In this document: one piece after another, positions 1-9,344 of the stretch
Layout: every line of letters begins with the position of its first letter
Position numbering within the stretch: the stretch's first letter is position 1
NCBI GenBank assembly: GCA_030726915.1
Contig: JANRCR010000031.1
Span: 7,672-71,671, forward strand
Origin: Candidatus Nanopelagicales bacterium
Lineage (GTDB): Bacteria > Actinomycetota > Actinomycetes > S36-B12
Direction of reading: 5' to 3'
DNA length: 64,000 nt
The notes under the pieces: model-generated
Databases searched by the model: none
Told to the model about the DNA's origin: nothing
Seen by the model: only the letters and a program-made list of their open reading frames with translations
Made by a program: the position numbers and the translations under genes

Positions 1-1
1 G

Positions 2-1468
2 TGTGGCGTCCGAGGAATCAACGTCGAGATCGTGCGCAATGGATCGCGAGGTCTGCTGTGGCTCGAACCGCTCGTCGAGGTGGAGACATCGCGGGGGCGC
101 ATGGGCTACGGCCCGGTCACGCCCGGCGACGTCCCGGGTCTCATCGACGGGGGCTTCCTTGAGGGTGCCCATCATGAGTTGGCGCTGGGCGTTGTCGACG
201 ACATACCGTGGCTGGCCCGCCAGCAGCGCGTGAGTTTTGCCCGGGTCGGCATCATTGATCCCCTTGATCTTGACGCCTATCGCGCCACCGGTGGCCTGCG
301 GGGGCTGCAGCGAGCGCTGCAGGAGTCGGCGGAGGAGATCGTCGGGGACGTGCTGGCCTCCGGGCTGCGGGGACGCGGTGGGGCCGGCTTCCCCGCAGGC
401 ATCAAATGGCGCACCGTCCTCGAGGCTGAATCGCTCGACAAGTACATCTGTTGCAACGCGGATGAGGGGGACAGCGGCACCTTCGCCGACCGCATGCTCA
501 TGGAGGGGGATCCCTTCACGCTCCTCGAGGGCATGGCGATCGCCGGTGTAGCCGTCGGTGCAACTCGTGGACTCATCTACGTGCGCTCCGAATACCCCGA
601 TGCCATCGCCACGCTGCGCACCGCCGTGGACATTGCACGCGTCGATGGCTGGCTCGGAGTCGACGTCATGGGCACGGGACGGACGTTTGACATCCGCGTC
701 GTTGAGGGAGCGGGATCCTACGTATGTGGTGAAGAGACCGCGATGCTGGAAAGCCTCGAGGGCAAGCGCGGCATGGTGCGGCCCAAGCCACCCATACCCG
801 CACTGAAGGGTCTCTTCGGGCAGCCGACCCTGGTGCACAACGTCTTGACCCTGTCGGCTGTGCCATCCATCATCGCCGATGGGCCGGGCGACTACCAGGC
901 ACTCGGAGTCGACCGTTCGCGCGGCACCCAGGTCTTCCAACTCGCGGGCAATCTTGCCCGTGGCGGCATTGTGGAGATCGCCTTCGGTGTCACCCTGCGG
1001 GAGCTCATCGAGGATTTCGGGGGAGGCACTCTCAGCGGGCGCCCCCTGCGGGCGGTGCAGGTCGGTGGACCACTCGGTGCCTATCTGCCGGCCGAGGCTC
1101 TCGACGTCTCGATGGATTACGAAGCACTCGCGGACTCCGGTGGTCTGCTCGGCCATGGCGGAGTCGTGGCATTCGATGACTCAATCGATATGGCCACCCA
1201 GGCGCGGTTTGCGATGGAGTTTTGTGCCGTGGAGTCCTGCGGCAAGTGCACGCCGTGCCGCATCGGCTCCACGCGTGGAATTGAAGTGATCGACAAGATC
1301 ACGGCGGGTGTCGATCGCGAGCTCAATCTGGTCCTCCTGGAGGACCTCTGCGCCACCATGACCGACGGATCACTGTGTGCCATGGGCGGCCTCACGCCCC
1401 TCCCGGTGCTCAGCGCTCTGGCACACTTCCCTGAGGACTTCCATCGCCCCCCTGAGGTGACGCCATGA
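2..1468 (+). CDS. fdsB: NAD-dependent formate dehydrogenase beta (diaphorase, NuoF-like) subunit; 5'-truncated by window edge
   Basis: NGSRGLLWLEPLVEV N-terminal motif, GLRGRGGAGFP, NADEGDSGTF, GAGSYVCGEET, ESCGKCTPCRIG and C-terminal SLC Fe-S motifs; frame open to position 2; ATGA overlap with the alpha subunit gene. Confidence 0.93.
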   Translation, partial: CGVRGINVEIVRNGSRGLLWLEPLVEVETSRGRMGYGPVTPGDVPGLIDGGFLEGAHHELALGVVDDIPWLARQQRVSFARVGIIDPLDLDAYRATGGLRGLQRALQESAEEIVGDVLASGLRGRGGAGFPAGIKWRTVLEAESLDKYICCNADEGDSGTFADRMLMEGDPFTLLEGMAIAGVAVGATRGLIYVRSEYPDAIATLRTAVDIARVDGWLGVDVMGTGRTFDIRVVEGAGSYVCGEETAMLESLEGKRGMVRPKPPIPALKGLFGQPTLVHNVLTLSAVPSIIADGPGDYQALGVDRSRGTQVFQLAGNLARGGIVEIAFGVTLRELIEDFGGGTLSGRPLRAVQVGGPLGAYLPAEALDVSMDYEALADSGGLLGHGGVVAFDDSIDMATQARFAMEFCAVESCGKCTPCRIGSTRGIEVIDKITAGVDRELNLVLLEDLCATMTDGSLCAMGGLTPLPVLSALAHFPEDFHRPPEVTP

Positions 1469-4281
1469 CACTGCTCCATGAGCCCGACTACGGCACCCCG
1501 GCCGCACTGTCCCTCGCCCGGGTTGAGGTCGTCGTGGATGGGGTGCCCGTGACCGTGCCCGCTGGTACGTCGGTCATGCGGGCCGCTGCCGAGGCTGGTT
1601 TCGACGTACCCAAACTCTGCGCCACCGACTCACTCCAGCCCTTTGGCTCCTGTCGCCTCTGCGTGGTCGAGATTGATGGCAAGAAGGGCACGCCGGCATC
1701 CTGCACCACGCCGTGCGAGCCGGGCATGGTCGTGCGCACCCAGACACCACGTGTCACGGAGTTGCGCCGCAATGTCATGGAGTTGTACATCTCTGATCAT
1801 CCCCTCGACTGTTTGACCTGTCCCGCCAACGGCGACTGTGAGTTGCAGGACATGGCCGGAGTCGTGGGCCTGCGCGAGGTGCGCTACGGCTATGACGGGG
1901 CCAATCATCTTGACGCTCCGACCGATGACTCCAATCCCTATTTTTCCTTCGATGAATCCAAGTGCATTGCCTGCAGCCGGTGCGTGCGGGCCTGTGATGA
2001 GATCCAGGGCACGTTCGCGTTGACGATCGTTGGTCGCGGATTTGACTCCAAGGTCAGCCCGGGGGGCACGTCCTTCATGGACAGTGAGTGCGTCTCCTGC
2101 GGTGCATGCGTGCAGGCCTGCCCGACGGCGACGCTTGAGGAAAAGTCCGTCATTGACCTCGGCATACCGACCCGGACCGTCCTGACCACCTGTGCCTACT
2201 GCGGTGTCGGTTGCTCCTTCAAGGCCGAGCTGCGCGGCGATGAGCTCGTGCGCATGGTGCCGGCCAAGGACGGTGGCGCCAACGAGGGCCACTCCTGCGT
2301 CAAAGGCCGCTTTGCCTGGGGCTATGCCACCCACCCCGATCGTGTCCTGACCCCACTCATCCGCGATGCCATCACGGAGCCGTGGCGGGAGGCGAGCTGG
2401 GAGGAGGCGATTGGTCACGCTGCCACACGCATCCGGGATATCCAGACTCGCTACGGGGTGGACAGCGTGGGTGGCATCACCTCCTCCCGATGCACCAATG
2501 AGGAAGTCTTCGTCGTACAAAAGATGGTCCGCGCCGCCTTTGGCACCAACAACGTCGACACCTGCGCGCGTGTATGCCATTCGCCGACCGGATATGGCCT
2601 CAAGCAGACCTTCGGTGCGTCGGCGGGCACTCAGGACTTCAAGTCGGTCGAGAGTGCCGACGTCATCCTGGTGATCGGAGCCAATCCCACCGATGCGCAT
2701 CCGGTCTTCGCATCCCGCATGAAGCGCCGACTGCGTGACGGTGCTCGCCTCATCATTGTGGATCCTCGACGCATCGATCTGGTCCGCTCAGCCCACATCA
2801 CAGCTGATCACCATCTGCAGCTGCAGCCGGGCACCAATGTCGCGGTCGTCAATGCGCTGGGCCATGTCATCGCCACCGAGGGTCTCATCGATCGCGACTT
2901 CGTCGCGCAGCGCTGCGACCTGGCGAGTTTTGCCGCCTGGGAGGCCTTCATTAGCCTCCCGGAGAATTCACCCGAGGCGGTCGAAGCCGTGAGCGGGGTG
3001 CCGGCTGAGGAGCTCCGCGCCGCCGCGCGGCTCTACGCCGCCGGTCCCAACTCGGCGGTCTACTACGGCCTGGGAGTCACCGAGCACAGCCAGGGCTCCA
3101 CCATGGTGATGGCCATGGCCAATATCGCCATGGCCACCGGCAATATCGGTCGGGACGGGGTGGGGATCAATCCCCTGCGCGGGCAAAACAATGTCCAGGG
3201 CTCATGTGACATGGGCTCCTTCCCGCATGAGTTGCCCGGCTATCGCCACGTCTCCGACGATGCGGTGCGCGAGCAGTTCGAGGTGCTCTGGGGTGCTGAT
3301 CTGCGCGGGGACCCGGGGATGCGCATTCCCAACATGCTCGATGCAGCCCTGACCGGACAGTTCAGAGCACTCTTTGTCCAGGGCGAGGACATCGCACAGT
3401 CCGATCCCAACACCCAGCATGTGCAGCGGGCACTCGAGGCGATGGATCTCGTCATCGTCCAGGACCTCTTCCTCAATGAGACCGCGCGCTATGCCCACGT
3501 CTTCCTACCGGGGACCTCCTTCCTGGAGAAGGACGGCACCTTCACCAACGCTGAGCGCCGGATCAATCGGGTGCGACCCGTCATGGCGGCCAAGACGGGC
3601 AAGCAGGAGTGGGAGATCATCTGCGACCTCAGCACGGCTCTCGGCTACCCCATGGCGTACGACTCCTCCAGCGAGATCATGGACGAGGTCGCGGCACTCA
3701 CGCCGACATTCGCGGGAGTGTCCTTCGCCCTGCTGGACGAGGTCGGCAGCGTGCAGTGGCCGTGCAACGCCGAACACCCCCTCGGTACGCCGATCATGCA
3801 CGTCGATGGTTTCGTCAGGGGCAAGGGTGCCTTCCAGATCACGGCATTCGTCCCCACCGACGAGCGCAGCACGCGGCGATACCCACTCCTTCTCACCACG
3901 GGTCGCATCCTGAGCCAGTACAACGTGGGTGCCCAGACGCGGCGAACGGCGAATGTCGCCTGGCATGACGAGGATCTGCTAGATATCCACGAATCCGATG
4001 CCGAGGCCAGGGGAATCACCGACGGCGGCTGGGTCACGATCGCGAGTCGCGTCGGAACGACGGTGATGAGGGCGCAGATTTCTGATCGAGTGCCCCCGGG
4101 AGTCGTCTACACCACGTTCCACTTCCCCGGCAGTGGTGCCAATGTCATCACGACGGAGTATTCCGATTGGGCCACCAACTGCCCCGAATACAAGGTGACC
4201 GCCGTGGAGATCACCCCGACGCTGCGCGGCCCCGATGCGCTCCTGGCGTCAGCAGAGGCCGACGCGGGGGCCCTGGCATAG
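1465..4281 (+). CDS. fdsA: Molybdopterin formate dehydrogenase alpha subunit (Cys ligand)
   Basis: N-terminal 2Fe-2S and 4Fe-4S motifs (CRLC, HPLDCLTC, CIACSRC, CVSCGAC), TCAYCGVGC, CARVCHS active site, PLRGQNNVQG, C-terminal TNCPEYK. Confidence 0.95.
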   Translation: MTLLHEPDYGTPAALSLARVEVVVDGVPVTVPAGTSVMRAAAEAGFDVPKLCATDSLQPFGSCRLCVVEIDGKKGTPASCTTPCEPGMVVRTQTPRVTELRRNVMELYISDHPLDCLTCPANGDCELQDMAGVVGLREVRYGYDGANHLDAPTDDSNPYFSFDESKCIACSRCVRACDEIQGTFALTIVGRGFDSKVSPGGTSFMDSECVSCGACVQACPTATLEEKSVIDLGIPTRTVLTTCAYCGVGCSFKAELRGDELVRMVPAKDGGANEGHSCVKGRFAWGYATHPDRVLTPLIRDAITEPWREASWEEAIGHAATRIRDIQTRYGVDSVGGITSSRCTNEEVFVVQKMVRAAFGTNNVDTCARVCHSPTGYGLKQTFGASAGTQDFKSVESADVILVIGANPTDAHPVFASRMKRRLRDGARLIIVDPRRIDLVRSAHITADHHLQLQPGTNVAVVNALGHVIATEGLIDRDFVAQRCDLASFAAWEAFISLPENSPEAVEAVSGVPAEELRAAARLYAAGPNSAVYYGLGVTEHSQGSTMVMAMANIAMATGNIGRDGVGINPLRGQNNVQGSCDMGSFPHELPGYRHVSDDAVREQFEVLWGADLRGDPGMRIPNMLDAALTGQFRALFVQGEDIAQSDPNTQHVQRALEAMDLVIVQDLFLNETARYAHVFLPGTSFLEKDGTFTNAERRINRVRPVMAAKTGKQEWEIICDLSTALGYPMAYDSSSEIMDEVAALTPTFAGVSFALLDEVGSVQWPCNAEHPLGTPIMHVDGFVRGKGAFQITAFVPTDERSTRRYPLLLTTGRILSQYNVGAQTRRTANVAWHDEDLLDIHESDAEARGITDGGWVTIASRVGTTVMRAQISDRVPPGVVYTTFHFPGSGANVITTEYSDWATNCPEYKVTAVEITPTLRGPDALLASAEADAGALA

Positions 4282-4283
4282 TC

Positions 4284-4493
4284 GTGAATTCTGAGAGTCT
4301 CTCCCGGATGGCCGGGCAGATTGCCGCCAACTGCGCAGGGCTCACCGAGGAGCAGGCGGTCACGCGGATCAGCGGTCATCTGCACTCCTTCTGGACACCG
4401 GTGATGATCGCTGAGTTCGGTGAGTTCGTCCGGGCCTACCCCGACGACGTCGACCCCCTGGTCCTCTGTGCGCTCGCCCGCCTCGACGCGTGA
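4284..4493 (+). CDS. fdsD: Formate dehydrogenase delta subunit
   Basis: LSRMAGQIA...HLHSFWTPVM...DPLV pattern of the FdsD family; GTG 2 bp after the fdsA stop (ORF-track start at 4167 is over-extended). Confidence 0.85.
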   Translation: MNSESLSRMAGQIAANCAGLTEEQAVTRISGHLHSFWTPVMIAEFGEFVRAYPDDVDPLVLCALARLDA

Positions 4494-4580
4494 AGTTCAT
4501 GTGAATCCCTCCCGTCGTTCCCCATCATCGGATTAGATGGAGGACAACCGCACGCCCACGCAATCCAGGAAGGACACACC

Positions 4581-4832
4581 ATGGCTGAGGACAACATTGA
4601 GGTAGGGGAATCCATCGAGGTCACCGAACTCATCGGGGATGACGGCTTGGTCATGGGCACCGTTGTCGACGATGTCATCGTCGTGACGAGCGAGGACGGC
4701 TCCGTGGTCGAAGAGGTCATTGACCTGTACGACGCGGAAGGCAATCTCGTGGCTGAGGAAGATGTCGTCGACGTGTATGACGCCGACGGCAACCTGGTCG
4801 CCGAGGCCGGAGAGATCATCGTCGAGGGCTGA
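4581..4832 (+). CDS. Small, extremely acidic repeat protein of unknown function
   Basis: 83 aa, good RBS (caggaagga), 26 Asp/Glu and no Lys/Arg/His, two 16-aa repeats containing YDA[E/D]GNLVAE. Confidence 0.75.
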   Translation: MAEDNIEVGESIEVTELIGDDGLVMGTVVDDVIVVTSEDGSVVEEVIDLYDAEGNLVAEEDVVDVYDADGNLVAEAGEIIVEG

Positions 4833-4835
4833 CTC

Positions 4836-5189
4836 TCAACGGATGGAGACGTAGTACTTCACGATCGTCTCCTCGACATCCCAGCGGCCGTACCATCCGC
4901 GCGGGAAGACGACGGTGCTGCCTTCGGAGATCTCCGTGACCGCGCCGCTGGCATCCGTGACCCGGGCGCGTCCGGCGAGGATGATCACGGATTCCTCGTC
5001 CGGTCGGTCCTCGACCGTCCAGCCGCCGGGCGTGCACTCCCAGAGCCCGGTCTCGACGTTCTCCCACGTCTTGAGGACGCACCCGCGCGTCATCGGCGTG
5101 CCCGAGTCGGCACCGGGCTTCAGCCCCCAGTCTTCGAGCTGGTCCGCAAGTGACTGCCAGGTGCTTGCGATCACGACGGGATGACTCAT
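4836..5189 (-). CDS. Cupin domain protein (DUF861/cupin_3, EutQ-like)
   Basis: GLWECTPG...E...ILAGRA...G..VVFPRGWYGRWDVEE..KYY signature; GGAG RBS. Confidence 0.85.
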   Translation of the reverse strand: MSHPVVIASTWQSLADQLEDWGLKPGADSGTPMTRGCVLKTWENVETGLWECTPGGWTVEDRPDEESVIILAGRARVTDASGAVTEISEGSTVVFPRGWYGRWDVEETIVKYYVSIR

Positions 5190-5213
5190 GTACGACTCCT
5201 TGCTCGTGAGTGA

Positions 5214-6224
5214 CTAACTCCGGGGACCGGTGGATCCGCGGACGCGCAGTTGCGTCGGCATTCGGACGATACCGGGTTGAACCTCCTGTGTGCCCGCGCC
5301 AATCTGATCGAGCAGCGATTGCGCGGCCACGCTGCCCATCTCGGTCACGGGCTGAACAACGGTCGTCAGGTCGAGGTGCTCGCTCACGTCGTGACCGTCG
5401 ATGCCGACGATGGACACGTCCCGCCCTGCGACGAGCCCGTGCAGGCTCAGGGAGCGCAGTGCCCCGAATGCCATCTCGTCGCTCATGGCGAAGACGGCCG
5501 TAGGGGGCCTTGGCTGGGTGAGCAGGTTAGTCATGGCACGCTCGCCGCCCGCGATCGTGAAGTAGCCGTGCGTGGCCAGGCGTGGATCATTGTCGAGACC
5601 GTGCGCGGTGAGCACCTCGCGGAAGCCGCGCTCCCGATCGGTCTCGGCCGTGAAATGGGCCTCGACCGTGGACCCGCCGATCATTCCGATGCGCTCATGA
5701 CCCAGGTTGACCAGGTGCTGGGTCGCCTGGCGCGCTGCCTGCACGTCGTCGATGGCCACACCGGGGACTCCCTCGAGAGTGACCCCGACGAGCGATGTGG
5801 GCAGCCCGAGATCGAGGACCTCTGTGATCTGCGGATCGGTCGGCGGCATTGCGATGATGAGTGCACCGTCGACGCGTCGGCGCAGGCGTTGAGCAGCGCT
5901 CGGCTGATCGCTGGGTGCGGCGCTCTCAACGACGCCGAGGAGCAGCAGGTCCATCCCGGCGGCCTGCAGCACCGACTCGACGCCGGACAGGACCGTCGCG
6001 AAGTACCAGCGTGAGATGTACGGCGTAATCACGGCGATCGACCCGGTGCGTCCGGACGCCAGGCGCGAGGCGCTCGGTGAGGCGACGTAGTCCAGCCTTG
6101 CGGCGGCAGCCTTGATGCGGGCGCGGGTCGCGGCATTGACATTGGGCATACCGCGTAATGCCCTCGACACGGTCGCCGGCGAGACGCCCGCCTCATCCGC
6201 GACGTCCCGAATGGTGATGCCCAC
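5214..6224 (-). CDS. LacI family transcriptional regulator
   Basis: TIRDVADEAGVSPATVSRAL HTH, sugar-binding domain with AVFAMSDEMAFG and LTTVVQP; likely leaderless GTG start at 6224 (GACAAT 6 nt upstream). Confidence 0.92.
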   Translation of the reverse strand: MGITIRDVADEAGVSPATVSRALRGMPNVNAATRARIKAAAARLDYVASPSASRLASGRTGSIAVITPYISRWYFATVLSGVESVLQAAGMDLLLLGVVESAAPSDQPSAAQRLRRRVDGALIIAMPPTDPQITEVLDLGLPTSLVGVTLEGVPGVAIDDVQAARQATQHLVNLGHERIGMIGGSTVEAHFTAETDRERGFREVLTAHGLDNDPRLATHGYFTIAGGERAMTNLLTQPRPPTAVFAMSDEMAFGALRSLSLHGLVAGRDVSIVGIDGHDVSEHLDLTTVVQPVTEMGSVAAQSLLDQIGAGTQEVQPGIVRMPTQLRVRGSTGPRS

Positions 6225-6320
6225 GGGAGGATTGTCCGGTTTCAGTGAACGGCCCGCATGCATTTCATGAAACGGCCCCGGGTCTGGAGGGCGTGCCCCC
6301 CATGACAGGATGCTGCCCGC

Positions 6321-6392
6321 GCCTCCGTAGCTCAGTGGTAGAGCAACCGCCTTGTAAGCGGTAGGTCGTCAGTTCAATCCTGACCGGGGGCT
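6321..6392 (+). tRNA. tRNA-Thr (anticodon UGU), CCA not encoded
   Basis: GCCTCCG/CGGGGGC acceptor stem, AGCTCAGTGGTAGAGC D arm, ACCGC-CTTGTAA-GCGGT anticodon arm, GTTCAATC T loop. Confidence 0.96.
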
Positions 6393-8299
6393 CTCACATG
6401 CTCAGCCCCGGGCACCTCCGTGTTGAGCGGCGAATTCGCCCACCAGTCGACGAACACCCGCGCGACCGGCTCCAACCTCGGGTCCTCGCGCTGGTCAAGG
6501 GCGAGTTGATGGCACGCGTCACCGCCCACAATGCGATCACGTGCCCCCGCGTCGGCGCGGAATGAGGCGAGGAGTTCATCCAGCGGAAGGGTAGGACGCT
6601 GTGATGCGGCCTGAAGCGTGGACTCGAGCACGGATACGCCGCGGATCGCTTCCTCGCGCAGGCCTACTGCGTCCGTAGCGCGTCCGCCAGCCATGGCCAT
6701 CGCTGACCTGAGATAGGCGGCGCTTGACTCCGTGGCCTGTTTGGCTTGCTGGCCGATTTGGCGGCGGAGCCCGTAGGGGAAAGTCAGCAGTGTCAAGACT
6801 CCGGCAACGACGACGCCGAGGGTGATGTCCTCGATGCGGAGGTACTCCAGGTCTCTATCGGTCGTCCATTCCAGGACCGCAAGGTTCGTGAGGGCGAAGG
6901 GGGTGTAGGAAGCCTGCGCGAGGAAGGCGCCAGCATGGGACGCGATGGATGCCAGGAGCGCAAGGACGGGGAGGAGGACGACAAACGCGGGATAGGGTAG
7001 GGGAGCCAGCGTCGCTAGGGATGCCACGCAGATACCGACGATGGCGCCGACGGCCATGCGCATGGCCGTCGTCCCGCCGGATGTCGTCGAGAAGCTGACC
7101 TGTGTCACGCACAGTGCCGCAAGCACCACCCAGAGTCCGTGATCCAGCCCGATCAGGCGCACGAGCAGAACGCACAGGGCTATGGCGGCGCCGGTTCGCA
7201 GGGCGCTCGTAAACCATAGGGACCCGCGCGTCACATTGACCTGCAGGAGAGCGAGTGGCCGCCGGTCAGCCACGCTTCCGATGTCCGGCTCCGGGTACGC
7301 GCATCCTCGCGAGACCCCGGCGAGCCACAGCATGCGCATGGCAAGAATCGAGACCAGTCGCGCAGGGTAGTGCTCGCGCAGTTGGCCCGGTGATTCGCCG
7401 CCAAGATCGTGGAGATCGTCCCCGCGGGCGGCCGGAAGATCAGGCACTCGGCTAGGTGGCCGCTGAGACGTCAGGGCACTCGCGGCACACGAGAACGCCT
7501 CAGCTGATGCCGCCAGGAGGGCGTGCGAATGCTTCCCTCCATCATGCTCGTCAGCTCTAGAACGGTCGATCACGTCGAGAGCAGCCGTCCCCCATTGGGT
7601 TCCATCGACCATGGCGGCAAGGGCGCGTTGACGGCGACCGACAGCACCGAGCCGGACGTTATCCGCTTGGACGGTCAGTCGAATCCGCTCACGTGTCAGC
7701 CGGGCCCGCTCACGCGCTGCCCTGGCCTCCTCGGCACGCGAATCCGGATCGCAGATGGTTGCTGCATCCTGCAGCCAAGCAGCGACCAGATCTCGAATTC
7801 GATTGCCCGTCCTGTCGGGGAAGATCAAGACTCCCGCAACTGTCGCCATGGACGCGCCGATGAGCCAGGATCCGACGAGTTCAGGAATCTGCGTAGGCGA
7901 TGCACTCGACATCAGCGGCAGGAAGAAGGCGCCCTGCAGGCCGACCGAGGCCCGTGCGGCAAAGCCACGCAGCACGCGGACGTACGAGAAGATGAAGGAG
8001 ACGACGAACGCGCCCGCTACGGCGAGTGCCAGCCAGCCAGAGAGAACGCTTCCCAGTACGACGGCGAAGGTTCCCACGATGGCGGCTGACCCGTAGCCGA
8101 CGATACGTTCGCGCGTGCTTCCGGGGTAATCGAGGAAGTAGAGCATGCAGATGACCGCAAATGAGCCGAGTACGACGGCAGTGGCATCCGTGAAGAGGAG
8201 CCACACAGTCACGTCGACGACGGACAATGTCACAGCGAAGCGGACCGCGGAGTGCCAGACGTCGGGCTGGCGAGCGATCTGCCAGGACTTTGCCGCCAC
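6374..8299 (-). CDS. FUSC/aromatic-acid-exporter-like inner membrane protein
   Basis: Two hydrophobic bundles separated by a soluble region; ALRTGAA, HGLWVVLAAL, RIEDITLG motifs typical of FUSC family; 3' end overlaps the tRNA antisense. Confidence 0.75.
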   Translation of the reverse strand: MAAKSWQIARQPDVWHSAVRFAVTLSVVDVTVWLLFTDATAVVLGSFAVICMLYFLDYPGSTRERIVGYGSAAIVGTFAVVLGSVLSGWLALAVAGAFVVSFIFSYVRVLRGFAARASVGLQGAFFLPLMSSASPTQIPELVGSWLIGASMATVAGVLIFPDRTGNRIRDLVAAWLQDAATICDPDSRAEEARAARERARLTRERIRLTVQADNVRLGAVGRRQRALAAMVDGTQWGTAALDVIDRSRADEHDGGKHSHALLAASAEAFSCAASALTSQRPPSRVPDLPAARGDDLHDLGGESPGQLREHYPARLVSILAMRMLWLAGVSRGCAYPEPDIGSVADRRPLALLQVNVTRGSLWFTSALRTGAAIALCVLLVRLIGLDHGLWVVLAALCVTQVSFSTTSGGTTAMRMAVGAIVGICVASLATLAPLPYPAFVVLLPVLALLASIASHAGAFLAQASYTPFALTNLAVLEWTTDRDLEYLRIEDITLGVVVAGVLTLLTFPYGLRRQIGQQAKQATESSAAYLRSAMAMAGGRATDAVGLREEAIRGVSVLESTLQAASQRPTLPLDELLASFRADAGARDRIVGGDACHQLALDQREDPRLEPVARVFVDWWANSPLNTEVPGAEHVRAPGQD

Positions 8300-8385
8300 C
8301 TCAATCCCTTCTCGGTAGTCTTTCTAGACACTAGTGGGCCAACTGCCCATACGTGCCCGCGTAATCGCGTCGGAAGGACCGTGCG

Positions 8386-9312
8386 ATGTCAGTTCGGACG
8401 ATGGGTGAGGCGAGTCCCTTGGGCTCCGGCGCCACTGCGGCCGTGGCGCTCGGCGGCGGTGGCGAGTGGTTCGTCGCGTGGATGGTCGGCTACGCCAACG
8501 GGCTCCTTGAGGCGGGAGTCGACCTTGCGAAGGCTGATGTGACCATCGGAACCAGCGCGGGCGCCATCGTCGGCGCTGCGATCAAGGGCGGTCGGCTCGC
8601 TGAATTGACCGATGCACTCAAGCAACTCGGTGCCAACCCAGCGATGGCCAACAAGGAACTCAACATCAGCGCGGGTGCTCCATCACAGGCGCGCGCGCAA
8701 ACGGTCATGGGGCAGACCACTGAGATCACGCCGGCAACACTCCAGCAGATCGGGCGGGCGGCGATGGCCTCCCGTAACGCTCCCGATAACAAGTACATCG
8801 CCTCCGTGGAAGGCTTGCTCGGCCTCACGACGTGGCCGCAGGGACACCACACCACGGCGACCGATTGCTACACCGGTGAGTCGGTCATCGCGAGCAGCGA
8901 TTCAGGCGTCACGATTTCTCAGGCCGTCGCCGCGAGTTCCTCGCTTCCCGGAGTCAATGGACCGACCTGGCTTAGCGACCGGCTCTGCATGGACGGAGGG
9001 GTTAGCGACTCGAGCACGCATGCCCAGATGCTCGAAGGGGCAAGGTCGGTCCTCATTATCGCGATGTTCGACTTCCTTGCCAATCCGCCAAAGCACGTCA
9101 ACCCGTCGTTCGGCATTGCCGAGCGGGTGCATCCGGGCACCGCCCAACGAGAAGCCGCGGCATTGAGGGCCAGCGGCAGCACGGTCCATGTCACCATCGC
9201 CAATCCGGATCCGACAACGGACTTCATGGCTGCGGCCACGATGGGACCGGCCATGGCCGACGGCATGGCTCGCGGCAAGGCTGATGCGCCGAGCCTCACG
9301 GCATTTCACTGA
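8386..9312 (+). CDS. Patatin-like phospholipase
   Basis: LGGGGE oxyanion loop, GTSAG nucleophile, ASSSLPG, DGG catalytic Asp. Confidence 0.88.
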   Translation: MSVRTMGEASPLGSGATAAVALGGGGEWFVAWMVGYANGLLEAGVDLAKADVTIGTSAGAIVGAAIKGGRLAELTDALKQLGANPAMANKELNISAGAPSQARAQTVMGQTTEITPATLQQIGRAAMASRNAPDNKYIASVEGLLGLTTWPQGHHTTATDCYTGESVIASSDSGVTISQAVAASSSLPGVNGPTWLSDRLCMDGGVSDSSTHAQMLEGARSVLIIAMFDFLANPPKHVNPSFGIAERVHPGTAQREAAALRASGSTVHVTIANPDPTTDFMAAATMGPAMADGMARGKADAPSLTAFH

Positions 9313-9344
9313 AAGTCGACTTATCCCGCGCCCGCTCCAACGAA

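Noticed and set aside
1465-4281. Selenocysteine in formate dehydrogenase
   Set aside because: The active-site residue is Cys (CARVCH) and there is no in-frame TGA
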